This document shows, piece after piece, positions 12,942 to 25,659 of a DNA stretch of 64,000 nucleotides; within the stretch, counting starts at the first letter, position 1; each line of letters starts with the position of its first letter. Source of the DNA: Utricularia gibba (taxonomy: Eukaryota > Plantae > Magnoliophyta); contig NEEC01000002.1 of the NCBI GenBank assembly GCA_002189035.1, forward strand, positions 1,612,001-1,676,000, given 5' to 3'. A program made the position numbers and the translations under genes. The notes below the pieces were generated by a model. That model was not told where the DNA came from, searched no databases, and was given only the letters and a program-made list of their open reading frames with translations.

Positions 12942-15900
12942 CTATATAACACATGCTACATAAATAGATTGTTTCCTCGAAAAGGGATGTATGATACATA
13001 CGGGTGTCCCAAGAATTGTCTATAAAATGTTAATGTTCTCATTCTATTTTAACTTTTATTTTATTTCATAGTATAATATATAAGATTTATATTCAATTAT
13101 ATATATAAATTATTATTTGATTAATTAATATACATATACAAACTTTGTATGATTATATTATTTACTTATATACAAATGAAATGAAAGTTAATTATATATA
13201 TACTATTACATGTTTTTTATAATATGGAAGATCTCCATTGCACTATACGTAACATATACTAATATACTATTATCAAACGATTTATTACTATTATTTTATA
13301 TGAATCATAATTAAATAAAATTTTAAAAAATGGAGAATAATATAATATTACCACGATAAATTGGAGATCAAATCTCATATTCAATCTATAACTAGAAATA
13401 TTAACTTTTAAATAATTATTTTTATTAAATGCTTAATTATAATTAAAAAATGTGTTAAATATGATTTTAAAATAATATTTACGGATAATAAAAAAAATAC
13501 AACGAGCACCATTTTAATGGGGAAGTGAATGGTGCCAGGCTGTCATCTTTGGGGTAGGTGACGGTCAGATCCCGCCGCAATTACCGAAGTTAATCAAGGG
13601 TCAGAATAGAGTTAAGGCGAATAGAATATAATATTCTTTTTATATTTTTATTATTATTTAACTACATTAAAAAATATGACATTTATTTATGACGAAAATG
13701 GTGGTGTGGCAATGCCAGCTTTAAAACGCGCACTACATGTGAGTTTCGGTCACGTGCACGTTCGAGATCATCACCTTAACAAGACCAATTTTACAGAAAA
13801 AAAAAAAAAAAACTCATTACATTTCGAATTTTGATTTTTTTTTTTGAATCAAAAATTCAATTTTTTGATCAAATTCGAAAATTTCCCGATTTTAGAAAAT
13901 TGATATGCGAAAACTGGATTGAAGAGGAGTGGGGTTTAGGGTGAATGGAGGCTGCATTCATGAGGGTCCGGCACTCGGCGTGCGATAGCGTCCCGCGCCG
14001 ATTTACTCGCCGGAAATCCAAGGGCCAAGATGAGAGACACGGAGTCGGGCTACGGTGCGCCTATCGGATTAGGGATTAAGAGAGCATTTAGTAGCAGACA
14101 GCATAATGCCCAGTGTTTAACGATTCACTCATCATTCTAATCACTACTGGGACCGCTACTCGAATTTGGACCCATCCAGGTACCCGATCTATCGTGATTC
14201 CCACTCTCTTATACCCCATCTTTGTCATGTACAGATGCTAAAGCAGGAGCCATCTGTGTCATAATGCCCAGTTTTTTTCTAGATGTGTATGGGGAACATC
14301 ACATAATGTGAATATGGTGTGACCCCTTACTCTTGATCCAGTTTCTGGTGTGATTCTAAATAGTTGAGCATTGATGAGAGGGTAGTGGGTTACACTTCAC
14401 GCGAAGAAGGTGAGGTTGGGGTAGGGCTCTCCTCTTCTAGTCTAGTGTGGGGAGAAGGATTCCAATCAGCCCCACCTCCCTTCCTCACCACCATCCCACC
14501 TCTAATTCTGCTAGAAGAGGTTGAAGATACCATGATCTCGAAAAAATCGAATTTCTAGCCATTCTTGATGAGATTCATGTGGTCTGAGTGGGTTTTGTAA
14601 AATGCATCCAAAGGCGTGGATGGGTGCTGCTTAGACTAGAAAGGAATAGGATAAAATGAGAGGAGTACAAGCTCCTTAAACAGCACATTTGAAGAAATGC
14701 CAGAAGAGTCCCATGAGGTGTCCACCCTACCACATTTGTCCTAACCTCCCCTTGCAAACAATCAACTCTAATCCCTCCCTCGTCCAAGCCTAAACGGCTT
14801 TTGAATACCAGATTTGAGCTTTTCAAAAATGTTCTTCCTTTTATTTTGTAATGGTTTAGAATGAGGAGGGTTGGGTGCAGGCAATCATGGGGTTATGGTT
14901 ACAATTAAGAGGGGAAGTGGCCCTGGGGCTGGACTTTTCAAGAGTGAAGTTTTGACTCACCCCCTGTTTTCATTTTATGGGCCACTTGATGGGGTGGCGG
15001 TGACAGCAACTGCTTCCCTTCGTTGGGAGGGACACTTGAGATTCCAGCCCACACACACACACCTCACCAGCCGGCTCTTCTCTGCCCCCAGAGTTAGTTA
15101 AAAAAGGCACATGGTATCGTCAATGTCAATTGCTGTCACTTGGAAGCCCCTGTAGAAACCATCCCATTACTCAGATTCTTCAACATAAATCCAGAGAACG
15201 ACCCCTCCTCCCCTTATAAGGATGGAGGTTGGCTCAAGGATCAAGAGACAGAGTGCTTCTTCTGAGTGTCTTCAGAGAGGCCTCTCTTTATCTTGTACGA
15301 GATAACAAACAGGCAGCAGCCTCCAAGGGAAGAGCTCAGATTTGGCAGTGAAATTAAGCATCGAGGAATGGGAGTGATGAAGGATTGATCTGGGGACCAT
15401 TCCAGCAGTTAACTGTAGAGATCAAGATCTCCTGCTGGCAAGATGAGTGACATCTACTATCATCTTCGATTGGCATGGCATGGGGTTCAGTCACCATCCT
15501 ACCATTTACGCAGTATGCACAATCACGAGCTGGACCGGACCGGACCAGTCGCATACACCCACCCCCATTTTCTACCACTTTCTGTTCACAGGTACCTCAT
15601 TCGATGCAAATCACATCAGGATTCATTTTGGAAAAGCAGACCAAGGAAAAAAAGTTAGTTTTTTTAAAGGGGAGGGGCCATGACCCCTGCCTTGGAGGGC
15701 GCCCGTGGTGTACATTTGTAGGAGGAAACTGCAGTGTCGACAGTGTAACAAGGTGCAGAATACTTCACTAATTTCTGGTAGTGAGGTGGTCCGACAATCA
15801 TGGGAACATCAATAACGAACATAGAGAGAGCTTCACAAAAACATTTTTTATGTAATAATTTTTTTTTAAAAAAAAGCACAAGGGAATATTTCTGGGGCCA

Positions 15901-16709
15901 CGGGAATAAAGTTCTAATTTTGGAAAAAAAATTAAATTTAAACTAAAAACAAATTTCGAAAAAATGATCAAATTTCAGAAAAATTAAAAAATACATTGTA
16001 TGTCAGAAAAAATTCAAAACAAAAATTTCAAAATTTTATCGAAATTTAAAACATTGGATTGAAGAGCATCAAAGCAGTGAAAGATATTTTTAATTGGGCT
16101 GTGAAAATGGAAATGGGCCGCTCTTAGATCCACTGTAACTAGGGATCCAGCTCATTTACATGCTGTGGAAACTGCAAATGCCCAACGTAACCGTTTTCCC
16201 CGATCTTTAGTTCAGCCTAGGGTTTCCTGATCTGTGCTGTGTCGTATACAAGGTAATTTTTTCATTCCTCTACGAAGACGATTCTGTTGTTTTTCGATTG
16301 CTGAGTATGGAATTGCAGATAAGTATGTTTCGAAATTCAATAATGATGGTTGCACGTCACCTTGGAATGAACTTTGGAGTCGTTTGATATTCGGTTTTCC
16401 ACTCTGCGTACTGCTGGAAAAATGTTTTTCTTTAAGCATGAATGTTGTTTGTTAATGTTCATGGGATTAATCTTTGTTGTCAAAAATTTGTATCCCTCTA
16501 TTTGCCAAATGTGTAGCTGATCATCAGTATATATTTCTCAAGGTAGCTTCAATTTGCTCTGGTGATTAGATGGACGTGGAAAAGGCTAATGATTATATAG
16601 GTTGTTTTTATTTTGAGTGGCATCCTAGTTGCTTATCGTTCACACCAGTTGATTAAATTGCTCTAGTATTCCATAAATTTTAAATCCTGATGATTGGGTA
16701 TGCAGGTAA

Positions 16710-17476
16710 ATGGCATTGACTAATTTAATATTGACTGTTGCTGGGGTGACGGCTTGTGTGTTATTGTTGAGGAGTGACGTGAAACAGTCGGCTACCATAT
16801 TTCGGCGAAACATCAAGCATATTCGTAACTGGCTCGAAGAAGAATCCGGTGCTGCAGCGAGGTGTGCTTCTTAAGTGTATTATATTTCAATCTTCGCCTG
16901 CAGCGTGTTAGTGTGTTCTGAAGCATTACTTCTCAGCTATTACCTCATATAACACTTCGTTTGCACAAATTTTACTATTCATTGTGAGGCTAAGCATATG
17001 AGATTTCAATGCAGGGAAATAGAAAAGGCAAAACCCAAAGAAATACCAAAAAATGATGCCCTCAAGGATGGCAAGGAATAGATGAACTGCAGCAAATGCA
17101 TTTCTGTTCTCATGTATATTTTCCAGGTCAGCATGTGGCAATGTTACATCTTATATCAGCTGCTGCCATGAAGATATTGGCAATTTTTTATGAATAATAA
17201 GCTAGTTGTGTGTATGCGGGCTTGCAGTTTTCTGTTGAGAAAAACCTTAAAATTCGATCAATCAATGCCGAGCAAGGCGTCTCTTACCTGTTCAGTTTTG
17301 TTTCTCTTCAGTTTCACAAGATAAGAAGCATATGGATACAATCTCCATTGTTGTGTTGTGAGTACATTGCTTCGTTCCAAAGCAGGACCAACTCCGGACC
17401 AAAAGAGCCAAACAGAAAAAGGAACATTGCAAATAATTTCTTCATCCGGAATAACATCCTTAGTTCGATCAGTTAA
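16710..17476 (+). CDS. Small conserved plant protein (~80 aa, N-terminal hydrophobic segment), two coding exons; not in the ORF track
   Basis: Exon 16710-16861 encodes MALTNLILTVAGVTACVLLLRSDVKQSATIFRRNIKHIRNWLEEESGAAA. It follows acceptor TGCAG (16705) and ends at AG|GT. Likely last exon 17386-17476 (RTNSGPKEPNRKRNIANNFFIRNNILSSIS*), phase-compatible but less certain. Leader exon has a telo-box at 16218-16225 and donor AAG|GTAATT at 16253. Confidence 0.75.
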
Positions 17477-17687
17477 TGGCGATCTTCTTCCAGATTGATG
17501 ATCATGGGAAGATAATATCAATAAGCTAATGAACACGGGATCTGGCTAGTGGAAAGCAATGGTTTTTTTCTAAGTCTTCACACCATGTCTGTAATGGCTG
17601 AGTAAGAACAGAGTTTACATGCCATAAACACCTGAAGCTTCTGAAGCATGAGCTTAGAGTAATGTGTACAGGTACAGTTACATTCAC

Positions 17688-18950
17688 CTACGCTTTTGAT
17701 GCGCCTCCATGGTCTCTCTCGACGTGCTCCACCAGAGCAACAGGATCACGAAACCCCTTGCTGCATTTGGGCAAACATCGAGGGTTACCTTCATCACCCC
17801 ATTTCGTTCATGGACCTTTTCCACATGTTCCACAAGAGCTCCAATGTTACTAAACCGTAGCTTGCATTGTGGGCAGATCTCCACTTGGGAGCTTGTACCT
17901 GCTTTGGGGCCAGGGTTTCCAACGGCAGTGGTACGGTCTGCTGCTCCGCTTGTGGACACCGCCTGGTTAAAATCATTGCCCAGTTTGGATATCCCAGCTT
18001 CAGCTTTAGCATACAGAGAAGAAGCTACTCTAGAAAAAGCAGAAGTCCAGTTTGAACTTGAAGAAGATGTGGGTGCAGCTCGCTTCGGATCCTGGTTTCT
18101 GTCTCTGTTCATGGAGCTCATAAACTGAAAGACAGATTCTGGTTTCTTGGGCCCGGGGCAGTTGTGGTCTGCTCCAAATCGGTGTTTCAGGCAATGCTCA
18201 ATGTTACAGTCCCTGCACTTGATCTTGTTGGAGAAGGTTAGGGTCTCTTTGCACCGGGGGACAGGACACTTCTTTTTGTTCATGGCGATTGCATAGTTGG
18301 ATGGATCACACTCGACGTTCACATGCGATTCCCAGATGATGTTGGGGTCTTGATCAGGAACTAATCGAACTCCCCTCGCGCACAGTGGACAGACAACGAC
18401 AGTAACATCAGCTTTGTTGGCCTTCGGACATTGGTGACTGGTATAGCTTCTGTGATCCAGACAAAAGACCTGATCAAGAGAAATTTGAGAATCAGAACAG
18501 TGAGATGCGGGCTTCTTCTAGAGGAGGAGGATAACAGGAGGCAAACAGCATATAGCCATGAATCACTGGAATGGAAAATCCAAGCCCCCATCTCCAGTAA
18601 CCAACACAATCCTTGGAAGAAACAGCATTTGATTTGCTTCAAGGAAAAGAACATTCATTTGAAAGCCCAACAGGATACAGAGCCTCAATCGAGGACAGAA
18701 AATACTAAACGAACCGCAAAAATGAAGACCTAATTCAAAGGTTGAAGCAAACAAATCGGAAACGATTTCAGCTTCACAAGTCAAAACCATTTACTTACAC
18801 GAGCATGAATCCAATATAAAGTTCAAGGGGAAGGGTTTTGATAAACCAAACCTGTTGGCAGCAATCGCAGGTAAACGGCAAGAAATCGATCTGGCGACAT
18901 TCCTCCAAACCGCAGTGCTTTCCAAGATTCGGAAACGCGGGAGTCCCCAT
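17688..18950 (-). CDS. SAP11: AN1- and C2H2-zinc-finger stress-associated protein (SAP11/13 class), apparent 1-nt frameshift at 17766-17768
   Basis: Exon 1 (18950-18852) [13 protein letters not shown]...[12 protein letters not shown]. Exon 2 starts at 18469 with VFCLDHRSY...CPLC; second AN1 [18 protein letters not shown]; C2H2 CPQC...HVEKVH. The terminal finger [22 protein letters not shown] appears after adding one A. Confidence 0.9.
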
Positions 18951-19707
18951 TGCTCGTTTTCCTTCCAATCAGAATCTCGGGCAACTGAAACTCAATGGAG
19001 CAACAGGAGCCCCGCTTCTTTAAACGCGCAAGCGTGACCGAATATCAGGATAAGGGAGGAAGATCAAACCACGCTTCAGGCTAAATCGGAGGCGGAGAAT
19101 CAGGATTCAGATGGGATTCCGCGTTTTGTGCGTCCTTCTACGCCACAGAAGGCAATGATCCTACCGAGTCCTTCCCATAAAGATTCATCGGGAACCGCGT
19201 CCCCTTAGTCAACAAACCCCCCCGACTATTCATTGACTATGTATTACTTTTTTATCTTCAAATATTTTTCATTTTTTAACAGTAAAAAAATTAAAAATAA
19301 TTAGTTTTAAATATACAATTTTAAGTATTTAAATGATTAAATATATTGATATATTTAAAATATTAATAACTCATAAATTATATTTTTTAATTATTTTGAT
19401 GAATATTCAATTTATTTAAATATTATGAGATTTTAGTGTTTGATACATGTACGGATTCCTCCCTCCATTTCAGGGGTTTGCCAATGCCAGAGACACGAGA
19501 ACTGAATCCTGCAGATGGGATTGATTGAAATCAGTCGACAAGAGCATGCAACGATGGACATCGGGAATTGAAAACTACAACACTTATTCCTGGGCTGAAA
19601 CCCAACCAAACAGCCTGGAGCCCCTGCCCCGGCTGTTATTGCTGCTTATCATCCATGCACCGAGCGCTGCCACTAACGTACACGTGCTGCTCCCATCCTT
19701 TGCCGGC

Positions 19708-22700
19708 TCAGACATGGACCTCCACCGCCCACTGATACATCTCCTCCTCCGGTACCGGGATGCTAAGCGACACCAGTCCCGTCTCGGCTTCGTATTCGAA
19801 CTCCGTCTCCGTCCCGCCGACGACGCATTTCAGGGGCCTCTGCGAGGAGTACGCTCCGAAGCGGCCACATCCACGGACCCTGAGACTGATCCTCGCCGCC
19901 TCCTGCTCCGGTCTCTCGATCTCAATATTCTCCACCGCGCCGCTGGAGTTGAACATGTCGAGCAAGCCGATCGCTGCGAATGAGACGCCTGCCGTGATTT
20001 TCTGTCCGGGAAGAAAGATGGAGAGAGAGACCGTTAGGGGAGGAGAAGGTGGAGGTATGTAAAAGGGCTTTGGGTTACCTTCAAGGGGCAGACATGGAAC
20101 AGTTCGTATTCCAGAACTTGCAGCGTGACCGGAAGAGAAGCGCCTTTGGGCAGAGTAATAACCTCCTTGGATCGATAGCCGTACACTGCTACATCACCAT
20201 TCCAGTCTGATCCGGCGATCTCGCTGATGGCGTCGACGTCGTTTGCTTTCACTGAGCCGGTGAGGGTGCCGGGGGAGGCGTCGTGGATGCGCGTCTTCTT
20301 GGCAACCTTGCACCAGCCAGCTCCCTGGCAGTTGAAGACACCGACCACCCCGGAGCACTTGTTCACATTCCAGATCTTGAGCAAGCTGTGTATGATCAGG
20401 AAGGGCAGAAGGTCACTCACTGGTCTGACTGGTGCATACATACATCGAGGATTCAGGCGATATGTATGAAGTTGCTGACCTTGTTCCATCTCTGGCCGGA
20501 TCGGCGAAGAGGCAATCAACTGTTGGCCGGCCAGGTAACTGTGCACGAAGGATCGACCCGTCTGGGAGGACGAGCTTTTTCAGGAGCTCGAAGTTGTGGT
20601 GGCCCGGCTTGTCGCTGAACGCAAAGAGGATATGATCATAAGTACTTTGAGTTAGGCAAGAGTAGTACAATGGTATCATCAGCGGATTACCTGACGTAAA
20701 TCGAGCAACCCCCAACAGCTCGAGCTGCAGCATGATAATCGGCAGCAGGGTGCAGGCTCTGCAGCACAGATACAAGCAATAAGCAATCCATTCTATTCCA
20801 TGGCTGATTATTGCAAGGAATAAGATGGAAGAAAGGGAGGACTCACATGAAACATGTCCCAATCTGGTTGCATGAATTCCCCTAAGAAAATGGTGTTGTA
20901 GGCTACGGAAGAGATATGGATGGTATGGGAAGCAGGATCTCGGGGATAGAAGTCATCTGAGGCCCTAACCACGGCGGTCTGCCTTGCGCTGTACAACCCG
21001 TCAGTGTTGTGGCACATGCAAGCAATGCATCCATTGTCAGGAAAGTTTCTGGAGATGGATGCCTCGAGCCCCTGTATGTAGCTGCGGGTGAGAGAGACTC
21101 TGCCACCATGTCCAGCGCCCAGTGTTTCAATGATGTTCTGTACATCGACTTTGACTCCATCAACGCCACAGGAGGCCAAGTAGGCGTGAAGCTCATTGTA
21201 GAAGTTGAAGACCTTCTTGGGATGCACCAGGCCCAAACCATGTACAGCCAGACTATCCATGACAATGTCTGGTTGATTTCCAAGGACTCCCGGGGAAGAC
21301 ACAGGGTACGCCAGGGCGGAGTCGTAGTGTTCCATTCCAGGACCGGCAGGCTGCACGCCACCCCAATAACCCGCCAAAGCATGCCAAACATAAATAAACC
21401 TGAAGCGTAGAAACAACAGGAAGGGCCGATATTACAAGAAGAAAAAGTAGTGATATCAACCCGCAACGTTTTCCTGAAAAGGCTAGGCCTTCAAATAAGT
21501 AGTGAAGGAAACGAAAAAAAATGGGAAGGAGACGAGCAGAATAACTGCTCTAAAGAAGTAGGCTAGGTTAAGGAGAATACTTGACATTTTGATGATTTTT
21601 GGCGTCCTTCACAAGATCTTTCAGGCCTGATTCCTGTTCACTCTGTGATCCATTCTTTTGGAACTTTGAGTTCTCTTTGATTCCGGTCAGCCTATTTGCA
21701 AACCTGAGGATTGAAAATTGGAGTACCATAGAAACAAGTTGAATTGCAATGAGGAACCATAAACGGTATCAACATGATAGATAAGTATTCTGTCTAAGCT
21801 GTAAGAAGAGTGTCCTGTTAGAAATAAAAATAAAATCATCTTACTGTGCTCCTTCTTGCACAACACAATTTGGGTCATGTTTAATATCACTCCCAATCTG
21901 TTGCCAGCCGTCATCGATGATCAGAAAACGTGCTGGAACACCTCCTTCAGACAAGCTGTAAGAGTATTTTGATTAGCATCATAATTCCAGTACATTTATT
22001 AACAGAATTGAATAATCTTCATCATTTACCTCTTAAGTCCTTGTTCCACACCCTCAGCAGTGACATCTGTGTAAAAAGCATCCCATGTGCACCAGCCGAA
22101 CCAATCGATGAATGATGGTAACTAAAAATCAGCAAAAGATGCGAGCTTCATACACATTGTCCACTTCTGTAGCGTACACCTAAACATCCTTACCTTTTTC
22201 TTTTCACGGTGATGGAACGTTTGCATGTGTTTCTCAACGGCCCTGTTTCATTAAATGGTGAAATCAGAACTACGTAAACATAATAGGTTCTAAATTGACA
22301 AGCTTGGATGAAACAGAGTGAGATGGGAAGGAAGCCTTACTTCACAGCTTGGTTGATTACTTCAAAGGGATTTGGCCCGGCATGCATGTAAACGAGGTGA
22401 TTCCCTTGATCTGTTGCAACAGCATTATCACCTGCAAGAAAAATTGACTTGAAATTCACTAAAAGTTCTTTCTCCAGGCATCTGATATCAAGCCCCTGCT
22501 GCCAAGATCTACTCACCACTCTCGAGGCATATCTCCATCTCATTTTTTTCATTTCCCTGAAGAGCAGCACGGAACGGTCCCTCGAGAACAGGAAGAAAAA
22601 CTGTGTAAATAGTTGGGGCATCCTCTACCAAGCCATCACTCGTGTCTTTGCTCTCAACAAGCATAAACTGCGTCTCCAATGGTATATCCTTCCCACATGT

Positions 22701-23023
22701 GCCCATCCTTTGAGTCATCCACCATAGCTTGAAACGGAATAAGCACATGAAACGCACGTCCCTGGTCCAGGGGAACATAAATTAGTTCATCAAATATACG
22801 TATAAAACTCATGTGACACCTTGAATTCTTACTCTAAGACGCCGACAGGGAAGACATGAAGGCTTTTGCTATGAGAAGCAGTGGCACCAATGAAAGCACC
22901 TGCGACAAGACCTACACCTAATCCTGGCGTAAGCACGATATTGTCAGGAACTCCAGAGAGTATGGTCTTTCCGTGAACAACGAGGTTCCCTTCGTTGATG
23001 GAAATCTTTGGTGTTACCGTCAT
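19708..23023 (-). CDS. SIP2: Seed imbibition protein 2 / raffinose synthase-like alkaline alpha-galactosidase (GH36)
   Basis: [18 protein letters not shown] start; [71 protein letters not shown]. Exon phases checked and consistent. Confidence 0.95.
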
Positions 23024-23052
23024 CTTGGCAAGCTCTAGGACTTGTAGATATT

Positions 23053-23758
23053 CTGCAAATTATAACGGGTATGCAAAAAGTGGATACCACACAATATCCA
23101 TAAAACCATTCAAGGTAACATATTCTTCCATATTCCACTACAATAAGAAGCTAATCAGTTGAAAGAACATGATATCCCAGCCAACCATCAAATCAAAGTA
23201 CAAGAATGTGGCAACCCTTAAGAATTCTAACCATAGATCCCATCATAATTGAAGAACGTTCAGAGCAGTGTCTTATCTTGGAAATTGAAGAACGTCCTTG
23301 AGAAGCTAATTCAAAATGAAGATACAGCAAGATCCAGTTCCAAATTCCACTAAATTTCTAGAACTTTATTAGATAATTTATCCAGACTACTCTAGAATTC
23401 TAAAAGGAAACTCATGACTGCATTATAAAAAAAGGCAGGGATCAGAATATTCTAGAGCATCAACTGAGAGGCTTCAAGCATAATGAGAACACAAAAACTT
23501 TCTCATAATCCGCATCAAACGTCTGGATCTGTACGAGGAATAAAGCAAGATCCAGAATCCGTTGGAATACTAGATCAAAGACAAGCTCCTCGTACAAAAA
23601 CAATTATACCAAAAAGTTCAACTCCAAACAAGCATCAATCTCTTGTCCACAACTTTTCTTTCCCCTTGGTTTTCCATCTTCCAGCATAGCTCTCCACTCG
23701 AAAAAAAAAACACCACCAGAAAAAAGCTCAACGCATTATAGAGTAAACAGAATTTCAC
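23053..23758 (-). other. Probable 5'-UTR intron of SIP2
   Basis: Donor AG|GTGAAA at 23758 and acceptor TTTGCAG ending at 23053, about 30 nt upstream of ATG 23023. Confidence 0.6.
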
Positions 23759-23963
23759 CTTCTCGGTTTCGTGCCGATGAGGTGCTCGCCGGAGAAGATC
23801 GGGAACGCAAAAACCTCAGAAGCGCATTCGAGAGGAATGCAGACTTCAAACGAAGGGGAACCGGGAGCGAGTGAGAAGCACGCGCCGCAGTAAGCTGCTC
23901 CTGCTGGTATGATTAATCAAACAAAATAGGAGGTGCGAGGATCAATGCACCACAGCAGCCGGG

Positions 23964-24628
23964 TTTATATACATGTGTGGGAATGATTTTACAACATCCG
24001 ACGACTCGCCGGTGGACACGTGGACTCGGCTCTGTGCAAGTACGTTACAGTGGTGGGCCCCAGTCTTCATCAAAGTTCACCGTACTTGTAATATAACTGA
24101 TGTAATTTTGAAAGAAATTCTCTCCATGTCCAGGTATGTATCCCCTTCCCACGACGGTTATTTTAAAAAAAATAATTATTCTAATTTTTATTTATCTAAA
24201 AAATAATTATCCTTAATTACACTATTTAGGTACGCCAATCATCACCCCCACGACATGTGACCTTGCCAACAACAAATTCAACGCCATTCGCTACCTCTAA
24301 AGACCAGCTTATGTAAAATTATTTTTTATTTATAATAAATTTTAAAAATTATTTTATTTTATTAAAATATTTGTGGAAAGAATGTACACTTTATTGAAAG
24401 TTAAATGATTTGGTAAACGCAAGCTGCATCTTTTTGTTTTTTTACGCAATGTGAGAGATGAAGATGACGTGGCATGGAGAGAATGACGGAGATATTTATG
24501 GGGTGGTACCGGGTACGTGGACACGAGACCACATAATGCACCGGACTCGTCAGTCACGTGGCTGAATAAAACCAAAAGACACTTCCCTCACGTGAGTATG
24601 GCCCGCTCCCCTGGCATGTACGCACGTG
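23964..24628 (-). promoter_or_regulatory. SIP2 promoter: TATA box plus G-box/ABRE cluster
   Basis: TATATAAA on the minus strand at 23971-23964. ACGT cores: CACGTG 24017-24022, TGACGTGGC 24465-24473, TACGTGG 24514-24520, CACGTGGC 24555-24562, CACGTG 24589-24594, CACGTG 24623-24628. Confidence 0.65.
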
Positions 24629-24690
24629 ACACCCGCCACAAGCTGAATCTGCAGCCCCGCATACATGACATAGTAATACACACCATACAT

Positions 24691-25630
24691 GGCCTCGTTG
24701 GTGGAATGCCCCACTGTAAAAACCAGATTTGCTGAATACCCCGGGTTCTAAAAGTATTGTCCAAATAACCCTCTTTTGAATTTTTTATTATTTTGTATAT
24801 AATTAATGCACCTTTTTATCTATTTTAATCCAAAAATATATTTCCCATCTATTTTAAATGCACGTTTTTATCTATTTAATTTTAAATTTAATTTTGATTT
24901 CAAGTTAATTCAATACTTTACGAATTGCAAAATCAAAATTAAATTTTTATTACAAAATTTTTTTTACAAAAACATGTCTTTACTATAATCATAATTTACA
25001 TCTATAACAAATATATAGTATAATGTTACTCTAATGTTTTTGAATGCATCATCACTTGTACACTTACAATATATTTTTTTGATCAATGAACACAAGTAAT
25101 CTAGTTAGTACATAATTTTACATGTGAATTGTATTTATATAATGTTGCTATAAAAAATATTCAATGAAACAAAACATGGTGAATAATATCCAGAAAACAA
25201 TTTAATGTTTTTTATGATATTTGGATCATCTAATATAAAATTATTAAACATTATATATTGTTTAAAAAATTTATTCATGTGATATTACTTATTATTGAAA
25301 TATAATAATAAAATAAACTATTTTCATTAAGTTATTAAAAAATATTTTTATGGTTGTATAAAACAAATTTAACTAAAAATATAAATAAATTAAATCAAAA
25401 TATTATTTAAAGTAAATACTTATATAAATGTATTTTGATAATATATATCTAATCATTTTTAATGTGTATAATATATATTTATTTTTTTATTTGTTTATTT
25501 GTTTCTCTCTCTAAAAAAGGGGTATTTAGCAAAAGAATAACTGAAATAGGGGCATTTCTAAAAGGCTTTGGGAAAGCGGGGTATTCAGCAAATCCTCATT
25601 TTGTAGAGGGGTATTCTGCTAAATTACTCC
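24691..25630. mobile_element. Non-autonomous Mutator-like (MULE) MITE, 940 bp
   Basis: Degenerate TIRs contain a perfect 18-bp inverted match (GATTTGCTGAATACCCCG 24726-24743 / 25577-25594), 35-36 bp from each end. 9-bp TSD ACCATACAT (24682-24690) / GCCATACAT (25631-25639). AT-rich non-coding interior. Confidence 0.8.
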
Positions 25631-25632
25631 GC

Positions 25633-25659
25633 CATACATACATACATACATACATACAT
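25633..25659. repeat. (CATA)n microsatellite, about 6.75 units
   Basis: catacatacatacatacatacatacat, starting inside the right TSD of the MITE. Confidence 0.95.

Noticed and set aside
13930-13945. CCCTAAACCC on the minus strand as a telomerase RNA template
   Set aside because: No USE (TCCCACATCG) or TATA at Pol III spacing upstream, and T-runs follow soon after. Better read as a telo-box-like word.
16055-16070. TTGGATTGAAG resembling miR159
   Set aside because: The match fails after 11 nt and there is no fold-back arm.
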